From a virus (lineage: Duplodnaviria; Caudoviricetes): DNA of 64,000 bases. The position numbers were made by a program, and so were the translations under genes. The notes under the pieces were generated by a model. That model searched no databases. It saw only the letters and a list, made by a program, of their open reading frames with translations, and was not told where the DNA came from. The stretch lies in IMG/VR virus record IMGVR_UViG_2775507097_000001, positions 1 through 64,000 of that record; one strand, 5' to 3'. Shown here one piece after another: positions 25,819-34,526 of the stretch. Numbering within the stretch: position 1 is the first letter of the stretch; each line of letters opens with the position of its first letter.

Positions 25819-26386
25819 CCATGCAGGCTATCCGCTGGCGTCGAAAATCGGTCAACCAGCAAAACCGCAGGCTAGCGTTGCCTAGCGGAAGGAAGCGGAG
25901 CGTAGCAGTTCCTTGCGAATTACCCGCGAGTTCCTTTGGGTTCCCGTCACTTCACCTGCTCGGATGATGCCGATGGCTGGGTATGGCAGAGCCGCCTGCG
26001 AGAGGTCAGGTTTCTGTCATACCGTTCCCGAACTCGCAGGAGAAACCGGCTTACGGGGAGAAGAGCATGACCATGCGGCGAGAAAGTGGGGACTGTCACA
26101 TCCGGCATGAGGAACGTCGCGTTCCCCCGGGTTGGTTAGGCGTTGGTTCGGATCTGAGTTGCTCTGAGTGGTTGTCAGTGGCCCTTCGAGCGATGACGAA
26201 CCGTCACCAGTCGTCCGCTCAGGGCGTCGTCTTGATGCTCGGACGCCCCGGTGTACGTGGCGCGTCGTAGACTGCGGGATGCAGAAGGACCCCATTCCCA
26301 GCACGAGTTGTCGAGGCCCGTGTGTTGGGAGGGGTCCCTGCGTGATGTTCCATCCGCCCCAGTAGAAGGAAGAGGATAGATACACC

Positions 26387-26572
26387 GTGAAACACCTTAA
26401 CAAGGATCCCGACGGTTCAGACAGTAGCGTCCAACGGATCCGCGTGAAGATTCGCGATTGGATGAAGCGCAACGGCCGTGCTGTCCACGACCAGATGATC
26501 CGAGGCGCCTCGTACAGCCTTGGCAGCGGGGCCGTGAGCCTCCTCATCGTCTGGTTCGAAGCCCGCCACTGA
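26387..26572 (+). CDS. Small protein with C-terminal hydrophobic helix
   Basis: GAGGA RBS; GASYSLGSGAVSLLIVWF. Confidence 0.6.
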   Translation: MKHLNKDPDGSDSSVQRIRVKIRDWMKRNGRAVHDQMIRGASYSLGSGAVSLLIVWFEARH

Positions 26573-26588
26573 CGGCGAAGAGGTCCTC

Positions 26589-26622
26589 GATGACCCCCGC
26601 GGGAGGATCCGTGGGGGTCATC
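26589..26622. terminator. Bidirectional terminator-like hairpin
   Basis: GATGACCCCCGCGG/CCGTGGGGGTCATC between convergent genes. Confidence 0.7.
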
Positions 26623-26634
26623 TGCGTTGTACGG

Positions 26635-26799
26635 CTACTTCGCCCGCCCGGCTTCCACCTTGGCCAGGCAGACGACGCACAGGGGGCAGCCGCCGAGCCC
26701 GTACCGGTGGGTGGGGTGGCCGCAGCCCGCGCACGGGCCGACCTGGGCGGGCGCGCACACGGGGGCGGGAGGGACGGGACGGGCCGCAGTGGTGCTCAT
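26635..26799 (-). CDS. Small zinc-finger-like protein
   Basis: GPCAGC...HRYG..GCPLCVVC; TACGAT just upstream. Confidence 0.55.
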   Translation of the reverse strand: MSTTAARPVPPAPVCAPAQVGPCAGCGHPTHRYGLGGCPLCVVCLAKVEAGRAK

Positions 26800-26905
26800 G
26801 GCGCCATCGTACGTACGTGCGGGTATCCAGCACAGCAGAGTGCCCCCGCTCCCCCGCCGTGTGGCGGGTGGAGCGGGGGCACTGTCATGCGGTTCGTCAG
26901 GGTCG

Positions 26906-27598
26906 TCAGGTGCGGCGCAACAGCCCCAGAGGCAGCAGCGGAGAGGGACTGTCACTCGGCGACGGCTGCTCGCTAGGACTCGGACTGGGCGCGGGTGACG
27001 GGCTGGCCGTGCTGGTCTGCACACAGTGATAGCGCGGATTGTCCGGGTCAAAGTTGTCGACCGCGGTGCACTGGTACTCGTTGCCGTCCTGGTCGGTGTA
27101 CGTCCAGGACTTTGGAGGAGAACCGTTACTGCCATCCTTGCCCGGCGCGCCGCTCGCGCCCTCGGCTCCCGTGGGCCCGGCAGGTCCCGCGGGGCCGGCC
27201 ACCGTGGAGTTCGCTCCCGGGGCGCCCGACGGTCCCGGGGCGCCCGACGGTCCCGGAGGGCCGGTCGGCCCGGGGCTCGGGGTGATGGTGGGGGCGGCCT
27301 TGCCCGGCTGCCCAGACGCACCCGTCGGGCCAGGGGGCCCGGACGGTCCGATCAAGCCCGCCGTGCCGGCAGAACCACGCGGCCCAGCCACTGGGGTACC
27401 GCCCAGTGATTTGACCTGCGCCGCAAGGAGGTCACTGCGATGTCGCTCAGCCGAAAGGTTCTGCGACATCATCAGGAACCCAGTAACAACGGCGGCCAGC
27501 GTGCCAGCCGCCAAGGCGATCGCCGCAGCAGCGACCAGGTTGCCCCGCCGGTGTCGCCTACGTGCTTCCACCCGGCTGCCAGAACTCGGGGGATTCAT
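26906..27598 (-). CDS. Membrane-anchored collagen-like protein in lysis cassette
   Basis: N-terminal TM, coiled coil, Gly-X-Y repeats. Confidence 0.85.
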   Translation of the reverse strand: MNPPSSGSRVEARRRHRRGNLVAAAAIALAAGTLAAVVTGFLMMSQNLSAERHRSDLLAAQVKSLGGTPVAGPRGSAGTAGLIGPSGPPGPTGASGQPGKAAPTITPSPGPTGPPGPSGAPGPSGAPGANSTVAGPAGPAGPTGAEGASGAPGKDGSNGSPPKSWTYTDQDGNEYQCTAVDNFDPDNPRYHCVQTSTASPSPAPSPSPSEQPSPSDSPSPLLPLGLLRRT

Positions 27599-27939
27599 TT
27601 CCCTCCCATCATGACCAGGATGACCGGGATGACGAGCCCGAGGATCGGGATGATGACCGAGGCGACCATGTAGCGGCGGGTTTGCGTGACCCGGTTAGCG
27701 TCTTGGGAGCGCTGGTTCTGAATGGCGGCCACATCCCGGTCGTGTCTGGTGGCCAGCTGCTCGAGGTCTTTCCCGAGGTCGCTGATGTCCTTCGCCATAG
27801 CCGCCTTTTCCGCGGCGTACACGTCGGCGCTCACCAGCTTGTCGAGACGAGCGTTGATCAACGCCATGTCCTCGCGGACATCGCCTCTCAAGAGCTGGAT
27901 GAGCCGTCCCAGCTCGCCCAGAGACGGCTCATCGGCCAT
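27595..27939 (-). CDS. Coiled-coil protein with C-terminal TM (lysis cassette)
   Basis: EPSLGELGR...VIIPILGLVIPVILV. Confidence 0.8.
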   Translation of the reverse strand: MADEPSLGELGRLIQLLRGDVREDMALINARLDKLVSADVYAAEKAAMAKDISDLGKDLEQLATRHDRDVAAIQNQRSQDANRVTQTRRYMVASVIIPILGLVIPVILVMMGGK

Positions 27940-27972
27940 GGCTTGCTCCGGTGGGGGGTGTCGATAACAGGA

Positions 27973-28347
27973 TCAGGCCGCGTGCTCGAGGCTCGGACTC
28001 CTCAGTGCGGCCGCGGGCACCGGAGCGGTGACCTGCGTGCGACTCCACAGGCCGATCACGACGGTGACCAGCGACAGCCACAGGGCCTGGTGGTCGGCGT
28101 CCAGCTTCAAGCCGAAGCCGACCGCGGCGGCCACAAGTGCCTGCGCCAGGTTGAAGACCGCCGCGCCGATGCTGTCGTGAGCCACGACAGCGATGAACAG
28201 GGCGACGCCGCAAGCGGCGACCGTGTTGACGGTGGCCTGCTGGTTCACGGTGGCGTGGAACACGTAGGCCGAGGCGAGCTTCACCAGGATCGAGATGAAG
28301 GCCAGGACCGCGGCGGGCTCGCGCCCAAGGATCTTGATGGAAGGCAT
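27973..28347 (-). CDS. Holin-like multi-TM protein
   Basis: ILGREPA start, four hydrophobic segments, RTQVTAP end; follows endolysin. Confidence 0.8.
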   Translation of the reverse strand: MPSIKILGREPAAVLAFISILVKLASAYVFHATVNQQATVNTVAACGVALFIAVVAHDSIGAAVFNLAQALVAAAVGFGLKLDADHQALWLSLVTVVIGLWSRTQVTAPVPAAALRSPSLEHAA

Positions 28348-28373
28348 GGGAGGAACCGTTCTGCGAGTAGGGG

Positions 28374-29555
28374 TCAGTCGGTGATGGTGAAGCCGTGCTT
28401 GGAGCCGAGCTTCGCGAGGGAGGTCTTGCCGGGGATGCCGTCGGCGGCGCTGCCGGTGTAGCCCAGCCGCCCCTGCCACGCCTTGTAGGCGTTGACGGTG
28501 AGCGTGCCGAACGATCCGTCGACGTACTGGGAGGCGAGGAGCTTCTCCGCGGCGAGCGCCCGCTCGACCAGCAGCACCTCGGCCTTGTGCGTCGTGTGAC
28601 CCTGTGCCGCGGCCGGGTCGTGCTTCGCCGCGTACACGACGTGCGCAAGGGAGACCTTCGGCTTCGTGGCCGGCTTCGGCGGGACGGGCGGGGGCGGGGT
28701 GGGAGCGACCGCCTTCCCCGGGACCTTGGTGATGTCGATGCCGCCCGGGTCCCAGTGGGTGTTGCCGGGAACGTGGCAGTGCCCGTAGTGCCCAGCCTCG
28801 GACTGCCAGATGACGCGGGAGCGCGGCATTGCTTGGCTCGACGAGGTGACGGGGGGTCCTGCGGGCCAGACGTCGGGGATGTTGTGCGCCCGCCCGGCGG
28901 CGAGGAGCTTGCGGAAGTTCGGCTTGGCGGCCGGATCGAATCCGTCGGTCCAGGGCGGGGACGGCATGGCGACGACCTCGACCTGAATGTTGACCGTGCC
29001 CTCGCGGTTCGTGCGGCGGGTGCCGTCGTTCTGCAACGCCCGGGCGGACTGGGTGAGGGGGCCGAACTGGCCGAGCCTGTCCGTCTTGGGGTCGTACAGC
29101 ACCTGCGGCTCGAACCCTGCGTTGATCAGGTAGGACGCCATCGAGGTGAAGTAGCCGGTGGGGCTGACGGTGACGTGCCAGGTGAACCGGGGGCCCGCTT
29201 CGGGGTGGTCCATGGCGCCGCCGATGACCTGCCCGCCGAGACGCTCGACGCCGTCGATGTAGGCGGGGCCGCTGGGGGCGGTCTGCGGCGCGACGGCGCT
29301 CTCGAGTCCGGGAGCGGGAGCGCGGACGGTGAACGGGGCGGCGTCGACGGGCTGGTACCAGTCGAGGTCGCCGCCCTCCTCGTCGGGACGGAGGACGAAG
29401 AACGCGCCGTCCTGCCGCGGGTGTTCCTTGACGAACCGCGGCACGTCCTCGAGACCAGCGAGGGCCCGCACGGTCTCGACGTGGTCCTGGTCGACCTCGC
29501 CGCAGTAGGTGACGGTCTGGTCGGGGTGGACGATCGCGGCGTGGAATGTGGTCAT
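28374..29555 (-). CDS. Endolysin (amidase-2-like catalytic domain plus peptidoglycan-binding domain)
   Basis: WHVT...IQVEVV...GHCHVPGNTHWDPG; VDGSFG..T..AYKAWQ..LGY...ADGIPG. Confidence 0.9.
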   Translation of the reverse strand: MTTFHAAIVHPDQTVTYCGEVDQDHVETVRALAGLEDVPRFVKEHPRQDGAFFVLRPDEEGGDLDWYQPVDAAPFTVRAPAPGLESAVAPQTAPSGPAYIDGVERLGGQVIGGAMDHPEAGPRFTWHVTVSPTGYFTSMASYLINAGFEPQVLYDPKTDRLGQFGPLTQSARALQNDGTRRTNREGTVNIQVEVVAMPSPPWTDGFDPAAKPNFRKLLAAGRAHNIPDVWPAGPPVTSSSQAMPRSRVIWQSEAGHYGHCHVPGNTHWDPGGIDITKVPGKAVAPTPPPPVPPKPATKPKVSLAHVVYAAKHDPAAAQGHTTHKAEVLLVERALAAEKLLASQYVDGSFGTLTVNAYKAWQGRLGYTGSAADGIPGKTSLAKLGSKHGFTITD

Positions 29556-30502
29556 CACAGCCCCTTCGTGATGGTGGGGACGTTGTTGTCGTGCGCCCAC
29601 TCGTTCACCAGCGCCACGACCTGAACCAGTCGAGGATCCGCAGAAGGAGTGGGCGACGGAGGAGGGGAAGGAACCGGCGTGGGCGCCGGCGGTACCACGG
29701 CAGGGAACGGCTTGCCGGTGAGAGCGGTGTAGTCCGCGGCGAGCGCCGCCAGGTCGACGCCGGCCAGGAACGCCGGATGCGTCAGGTGCTCAGGGAAGAT
29801 GACGACCCAGGCCTCCTCGACCTTGCGCCGCCAGTAGGCGTCGGTGAACGACGTCTCTTCGGCCCATGTGATGAACCGTTCATCCCCGCCGAGTGGACCC
29901 GGGCCGGCCGCGCCGTAGCCGCCAGTGATGACGGAGTGGCCGCCGTCGTCCGGGCTGGATCGGTGGTAGTCCCAGGGCTTCCCGCTGTCGAAGTCGGTCA
30001 TGTTGGCGGCCTGGACGACGATGCCGGTCCACACGAATCCGAAGATCGCGATGGCGGCCTTGACCTCGTCGGGGCTGGACGGGTCGACCTTGGCGAACGC
30101 GAGAGCCTTCTTCCCGTCCGGGCCGCCGTGCTTGACGAGGTACTCGAGGAGGGTCTGGATGTCCATGCCGTTGTCGTGCGACGAGCCCGGCCCGTTGGTC
30201 TCGGCGGTGCCGTTCGGGTCGAAGCCCGGGTTTTGCGTCTTGTAGACGGCCCAGACCTCGTCCTGCGTCGGGTAGTACTCGGCGCCGAGGATGAAGGTGA
30301 GCAGGCGGCGGACGTTGGCCCACGTGACCGCGACACAGTCACCGGCAACGTCGTTGCCGCGCATCTCCCAGGCGGCGAGCCGCGCAAGGTAGTCGGCTGC
30401 GGCCGGGTGCGCAGGGACCTTGCCGGTGAAGAGCCGGGCGAACTTGAGGGCCGGGGCCTGTTTCGGGGCGCGGCGGCCGTACTTGCGGATGGTGCTGGTC
30501 AA
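29555..30502 (-). CDS. Papain-like (C1-type) cysteine peptidase
   Basis: GNDVAGDCV (Cys), GGHSVITGGY (His), FITW. Confidence 0.7.
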   Translation of the reverse strand: MTSTIRKYGRRAPKQAPALKFARLFTGKVPAHPAAADYLARLAAWEMRGNDVAGDCVAVTWANVRRLLTFILGAEYYPTQDEVWAVYKTQNPGFDPNGTAETNGPGSSHDNGMDIQTLLEYLVKHGGPDGKKALAFAKVDPSSPDEVKAAIAIFGFVWTGIVVQAANMTDFDSGKPWDYHRSSPDDGGHSVITGGYGAAGPGPLGGDERFITWAEETSFTDAYWRRKVEEAWVVIFPEHLTHPAFLAGVDLAALAADYTALTGKPFPAVVPPAPTPVPSPPPSPTPSADPRLVQVVALVNEWAHDNNVPTITKGL

Positions 30503-30518
30503 CGAGCCCTCCAGGGCA

Positions 30519-30548
30519 TAAAAAAGGCCCGGCCGGAGGGCACGGGCG
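30519..30548 (-). terminator. Terminator-like hairpin between tail and lysis genes
   Basis: GCCCG/CGGGC stem followed by UUUUU on the minus strand. Confidence 0.5.
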
Positions 30549-30566
30549 TCGACGTGGCGCGGCTGG

Positions 30567-30776
30567 TCAGGAGACTTCGGGCTGCGGGTCCAGCAGCACT
30601 GCGGAGACGAGCGTCATGAGCTGCCTGCACAGGCCGCACTCGGCGAAGACTGTGCCGACGTTGGAGTAGCAGGGGTTGACCTCGAACTGCTTGCCGCTGT
30701 TCGGGCACGCCTCGTTGTCGTCGCGGGCGGTGACGTCGTAGTACAGGCCGGGTTCGAAAACGGGGGGCGTGCTCAT
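30567..30776 (-). CDS. Small Cys-containing protein at end of tail module
   Basis: MSTPPVFEPGLYYDV...CPN...CGLC. Confidence 0.65.
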   Translation of the reverse strand: MSTPPVFEPGLYYDVTARDDNEACPNSGKQFEVNPCYSNVGTVFAECGLCRQLMTLVSAVLLDPQPEVS

Positions 30777-31513
30777 ATCCCCATCACCATCCAGCTGATT
30801 CCGGTCGATGTGTTGTTCGTGCGGGTCAGCCACACCGTGAGGCCGGTCGCGGAGACGTTGGTGACGCCGACTCCGGTGACCTGGGTGCCGGGCAGCGACG
30901 TCTGCGCTGTGGCGAATGCGGTGAAGGTGGAACCCATGAGGTTCAGGCCGGTGACGTTGAAAGACGTCGGCACGCCCGGGGACGGCGTGATGTTGATCGT
31001 GCCGTAGGCGATGTTTGCCGCGGTCAGCACGCCCAAGACGTCCATGTTGCACTGGTTGCTGTCCTCTGCCTGGACGTACACGTAGGGGTGGCCGCCCTCG
31101 AACGTGGACTCGAGCGTGAGCATGGCCCGGTGTGCGGTCGACGCGACGTTGCCCGATGTCAGGATGAGATCCGTGTACTGGAACGCGTCCGAGTCGTAGG
31201 TGATCCCGGCCGGGACCGCGACCTGGCCGTCCTCGACGGGCCGGAACTGCAGTTGCCCGCTGCTCAGATACCCGCTCATGTTGATCGGGTCCTGTAGGCC
31301 GCGCGTCCATAGACCGCCACCGCCGTTGCCGGCGTCCGGGCCCAGTTCCGCCAGCAGGGTCGTGCCATCGTCCGCGTACACGCGCAGGGTGCCGACGGAC
31401 GCGGCCGTCATGCGGCGTGCGGCCCGCATCTCCCTCACCTCGCGCTCGAGGGAGGCAAGGCGTCGGGCCAGTGAGGTGGCGTCCGGCGGGAGTTGGTCGA
31501 GTTGCCGGGGCAT
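30773..31513 (-). CDS. Minor tail protein
   Basis: N-terminal coiled coil LARRLASLEREVREMR, beta-rich C-terminus. Confidence 0.8.
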   Translation of the reverse strand: MPRQLDQLPPDATSLARRLASLEREVREMRAARRMTAASVGTLRVYADDGTTLLAELGPDAGNGGGGLWTRGLQDPINMSGYLSSGQLQFRPVEDGQVAVPAGITYDSDAFQYTDLILTSGNVASTAHRAMLTLESTFEGGHPYVYVQAEDSNQCNMDVLGVLTAANIAYGTINITPSPGVPTSFNVTGLNLMGSTFTAFATAQTSLPGTQVTGVGVTNVSATGLTVWLTRTNNTSTGISWMVMGI

Positions 31514-32599
31514 TCAGCTCTCCTCTACCAGGATCGGGCGGATGCGGTCGGCGCCCGGGTCGAGCTCCCACGACCAGCAGCGGGCGACCACGTTGGCGCC
31601 TTGCGGGTGCCGCGGTGAGCGTTCGACGGCCATGCGGACGGTGTCGCCGAGCGCCCAGTCCCGGTTGAGGCGTGGGGCGCGGGAGGCGACGGCCTCGATG
31701 GACCACACCTGGGCGCCCTGTTGCATGAGCGTCAGCGACTGCGCGGCGTGGGCGTTCAGCTGGTCCGGGTCGGTGACGCCGGTTGCGGGGGTGTAGCGGT
31801 ATTCCCAGCGGGGCCAGCCTGCGGCGATGAGCGCGGTCGCCTCGTGCGGGCTGGACGTGAGCCGGGACGACCCCTCGCCCTCACCACGGGCGAGAACGAC
31901 GGTGGCGCCTTTGCCCTGTTCGTAGGACTCGGCGAGGGTGTACGAGTCGACGCAGCCCGGAAAGTCGAAGGTCGCTTCCGGCGTAGTTGTTTGGCTGCCG
32001 ATGGCCGGGCGGACGCGCAGCGGGAACTGGAACCCCGAGTGGCTGCCGTTCCAGACGACGTCGACGGTCCACTCGGGGCCGCCGTCCAAGGCCATGAGCT
32101 CTTTGAGGCAGGAGAGGATCGACTTGTCGTCGCCGTCCTCGGTCAGGTAGGTCATGGTGACGCCCGTGTTCGGCGCGTCGATGACGATCGGCGGCCCGTT
32201 GGTGAGGGCGGGGGTGACGAGGGCAGAGATGACCGCTGCCTGGTCGGTGCCGATGAGGGTCTGCGTTCCCGGGTAGCGGCCGTCGAGGTAAGCCTCGAGG
32301 GTGATGGCCCCCAGGGACAGGGTCTGCGGGCTGCCACCGCCCCGGGTCAGTACCGCGCCCGCCCAGAGCGGCGTGTCAGTAGCTGTGTCGACGGCCACCA
32401 GCGCGGACTGGCCCGGCGTGGTCGCTTCGGTCCAGCCGCTCGGAGCGCCAGCCAGGTTGAGCTCGAACTGGAGCGTTGTCGAGTCGCCGAGTTTCCGTGT
32501 GAGCGCCCCAGTCGGCTTGAGGGAGGGGAGGTCCTCGATGATGCCGCCCGAGCCCAGGTCGCAGCCGTACCAGGCAAGTTGGTAGGGCGTCTCCGTCAT
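31514..32599 (-). CDS. Minor tail protein (baseplate hub-like)
   Basis: LWAGAV, GGPEW, LGDTV; position; start re-called. Confidence 0.8.
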   Translation of the reverse strand: MTETPYQLAWYGCDLGSGGIIEDLPSLKPTGALTRKLGDSTTLQFELNLAGAPSGWTEATTPGQSALVAVDTATDTPLWAGAVLTRGGGSPQTLSLGAITLEAYLDGRYPGTQTLIGTDQAAVISALVTPALTNGPPIVIDAPNTGVTMTYLTEDGDDKSILSCLKELMALDGGPEWTVDVVWNGSHSGFQFPLRVRPAIGSQTTTPEATFDFPGCVDSYTLAESYEQGKGATVVLARGEGEGSSRLTSSPHEATALIAAGWPRWEYRYTPATGVTDPDQLNAHAAQSLTLMQQGAQVWSIEAVASRAPRLNRDWALGDTVRMAVERSPRHPQGANVVARCWSWELDPGADRIRPILVEES

Positions 32600-33630
32600 C
32601 AGACGGACTCGTAGGAGCCGGTGATGCGGACCTGGCTGCCGTTGGCCATGGTCTCCGGCACGCCCTGGCTGTGGAAGGCGAGCCGGCAGTCGGTCTGTGA
32701 GGGCGGGAAGAATGTGCTGATGCTCGTCGCGGTCGGCGAGATCACGGTCTGTCCCGCCCACCGGTTCGTGCCGAGCAGCTGGGCGACGCCGATCATGGAG
32801 GCGCCGAGGTTGGCGGCCGCGAAGGGCGGCATTGTCCAGTTGTAGTTGCCGGACCCGTATGTGGTGGTCGAGCCGCAGGTGAGGTTGATGTGGAAGATCA
32901 CCTGGCGGCCGATCTTCTGGTAGCGGCCGGCCAGCGTCCCGTTCCCCACGGCCGGGTTGGTGGTGGAGCCGGTCCACACCGGCGTGTAGGACGTCCAGGC
33001 GCCCGGCACCTTGTAGTAGGTGTCGTAGGAGGATCCGTTCCAGCGCAGCAGGTCGGTGCCGTTGTCGTAGAACTGGCCGATGTACGGAGTCGAGGGCGCG
33101 GTCGCGGTGGGCAGGATGCCGCCCGGTGCCACGGTGTTGGGGCGGACCGCGGTCGACACGGAGGCGGTGCCGCCGTTCGACACGGACAGCACGCTGATCG
33201 TGGCCAGCGGCATGTAGATCTGCGTGCCCGCCGGGGTCGGCGCGACCGGGGAGGCGGACGGGGTTCCCGCCAGGTAGACGATGTCGCCCTTGGCCAGGCC
33301 GGACGCGTCGACGGAGTTGTCCCACACCCTCAGATAGACCAAGTCCACCCTGTTCAGGGTGGCGTGGGCTGCCGTGTACGTGCCCGGGGACACCGTGGAC
33401 GGGAACGCCACCCGGTAGACGCCTTGCCCGCTGAAGGCGACCGCGGCCACGCCCGCGCTGCAGTTGATGGTCGTACCGGCCAGCGTGACCGTCAGGCCCG
33501 GGTCGCCAGGCCGGACGCCGGACCGGGAGCCGAGGGCGGTCCCGTCGGTCATGATCTGCATGGCCTCGACGTTGCGGGCCTCCAGGCCCGAGAAGGTCAG
33601 CGAGTCGATCGCCCATACGTCTACTGGCAT
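32599..33630 (-). CDS. Minor tail protein
   Basis: RSGVRPG, RVDLVYLRV, WTSYTPVWTG...GRYQKIG. Confidence 0.85.
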   Translation of the reverse strand: MPVDVWAIDSLTFSGLEARNVEAMQIMTDGTALGSRSGVRPGDPGLTVTLAGTTINCSAGVAAVAFSGQGVYRVAFPSTVSPGTYTAAHATLNRVDLVYLRVWDNSVDASGLAKGDIVYLAGTPSASPVAPTPAGTQIYMPLATISVLSVSNGGTASVSTAVRPNTVAPGGILPTATAPSTPYIGQFYDNGTDLLRWNGSSYDTYYKVPGAWTSYTPVWTGSTTNPAVGNGTLAGRYQKIGRQVIFHINLTCGSTTTYGSGNYNWTMPPFAAANLGASMIGVAQLLGTNRWAGQTVISPTATSISTFFPPSQTDCRLAFHSQGVPETMANGSQVRITGSYESV

Positions 33631-33640
33631 GTCTGCCTCC

Positions 33641-34513
33641 TCACATCCAGGCCGAACGCCATGTGGCGGTCAGCATCGCGCTGGCGTTGTAGGTGCCCGA
33701 CTGGAACTGGTAATTGACGGCCGAGCCGGCGGGGATCGTGGGCCAGCCGGACGCGACGGTCATGAAACGGCGACGGGAAACGCCGCCGTTGAGGACCACG
33801 GTGTGCGCGTCGGTGTCGATGACGAGGACATCGCCGCTGGCCAGATCCAGCGAGTAGACGAGCTGTCGCACCGTGCCGTCCGGATAGAGAGCGGACACGG
33901 TCGGCGCGACGACGGGCCCGGCGATCGTCAGGACCGGGCGGGTGTCCATGGAGCCGATGTTGATGGCGTTGATCTGCCCGGACACCGTCGTCGCCGAGAA
34001 TGCGGCTGGGAACGTCACCGGGAAGGTCAAGCCACCCGTTGTGGTCGGCAGGCCCGTCGTGCCGGACTGCAGGGTCGTGCTGTAGCGCCGCGGATCCGCG
34101 GCCGTCACCAGCACGCTGTAGGTGGCGATCCGGTCCGTGACATAGGCCATCAGAGGCTTGCCGGACCGCCGGACCGTCGCCTGCTTCGGCCCCGTCAGCT
34201 CGTACACCACCAGCGTGGTGTCGCCCAGGGCGGCTGCCGTCCGCAGCCTCTCCAGGGCGTCCTCGAGCGTCGTCCGGTCCGGTGCCGTGACCGTGCCGGC
34301 CAGCGTCATCGGGCGGGAGCCGAGATAGGTAGGCGACGCCCACGCCCCGTGGTCGGCTTCCCTCTCGGTGTATTCGGACCGGACCTCGGCGCTGTCCCAG
34401 CCGTCGAAGGACTGCAGGGACCAGGCGACCCCGTTCGCGTCCACCCCGCCGAGCGGGATGGCGCCGAGGTCGACCCGTAGTCCGCCGAGATCCTGTCCTG
34501 CAGTGAACGGCAC
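33641..34513 (-). CDS. Distal tail protein (Dit-like)
   Basis: Directly after tape measure; AADPRRY, WRSAW end. Confidence 0.85.
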   Translation of the reverse strand: MPFTAGQDLGGLRVDLGAIPLGGVDANGVAWSLQSFDGWDSAEVRSEYTEREADHGAWASPTYLGSRPMTLAGTVTAPDRTTLEDALERLRTAAALGDTTLVVYELTGPKQATVRRSGKPLMAYVTDRIATYSVLVTAADPRRYSTTLQSGTTGLPTTTGGLTFPVTFPAAFSATTVSGQINAINIGSMDTRPVLTIAGPVVAPTVSALYPDGTVRQLVYSLDLASGDVLVIDTDAHTVVLNGGVSRRRFMTVASGWPTIPAGSAVNYQFQSGTYNASAMLTATWRSAWM

Positions 34514-34526
34514 CGCGCCCCCTTCC

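Noticed and set aside
27039-27614. Plus-strand collagen-like ORF
   Set aside because: Mirror of the minus-strand Gly-Pro repeats; the minus gene fits the operon
30773-33630. Diversity-generating retroelement or invertible tail-fibre system
   Set aside because: No reverse transcriptase, template/variable repeat pair or invertase near the tail genes
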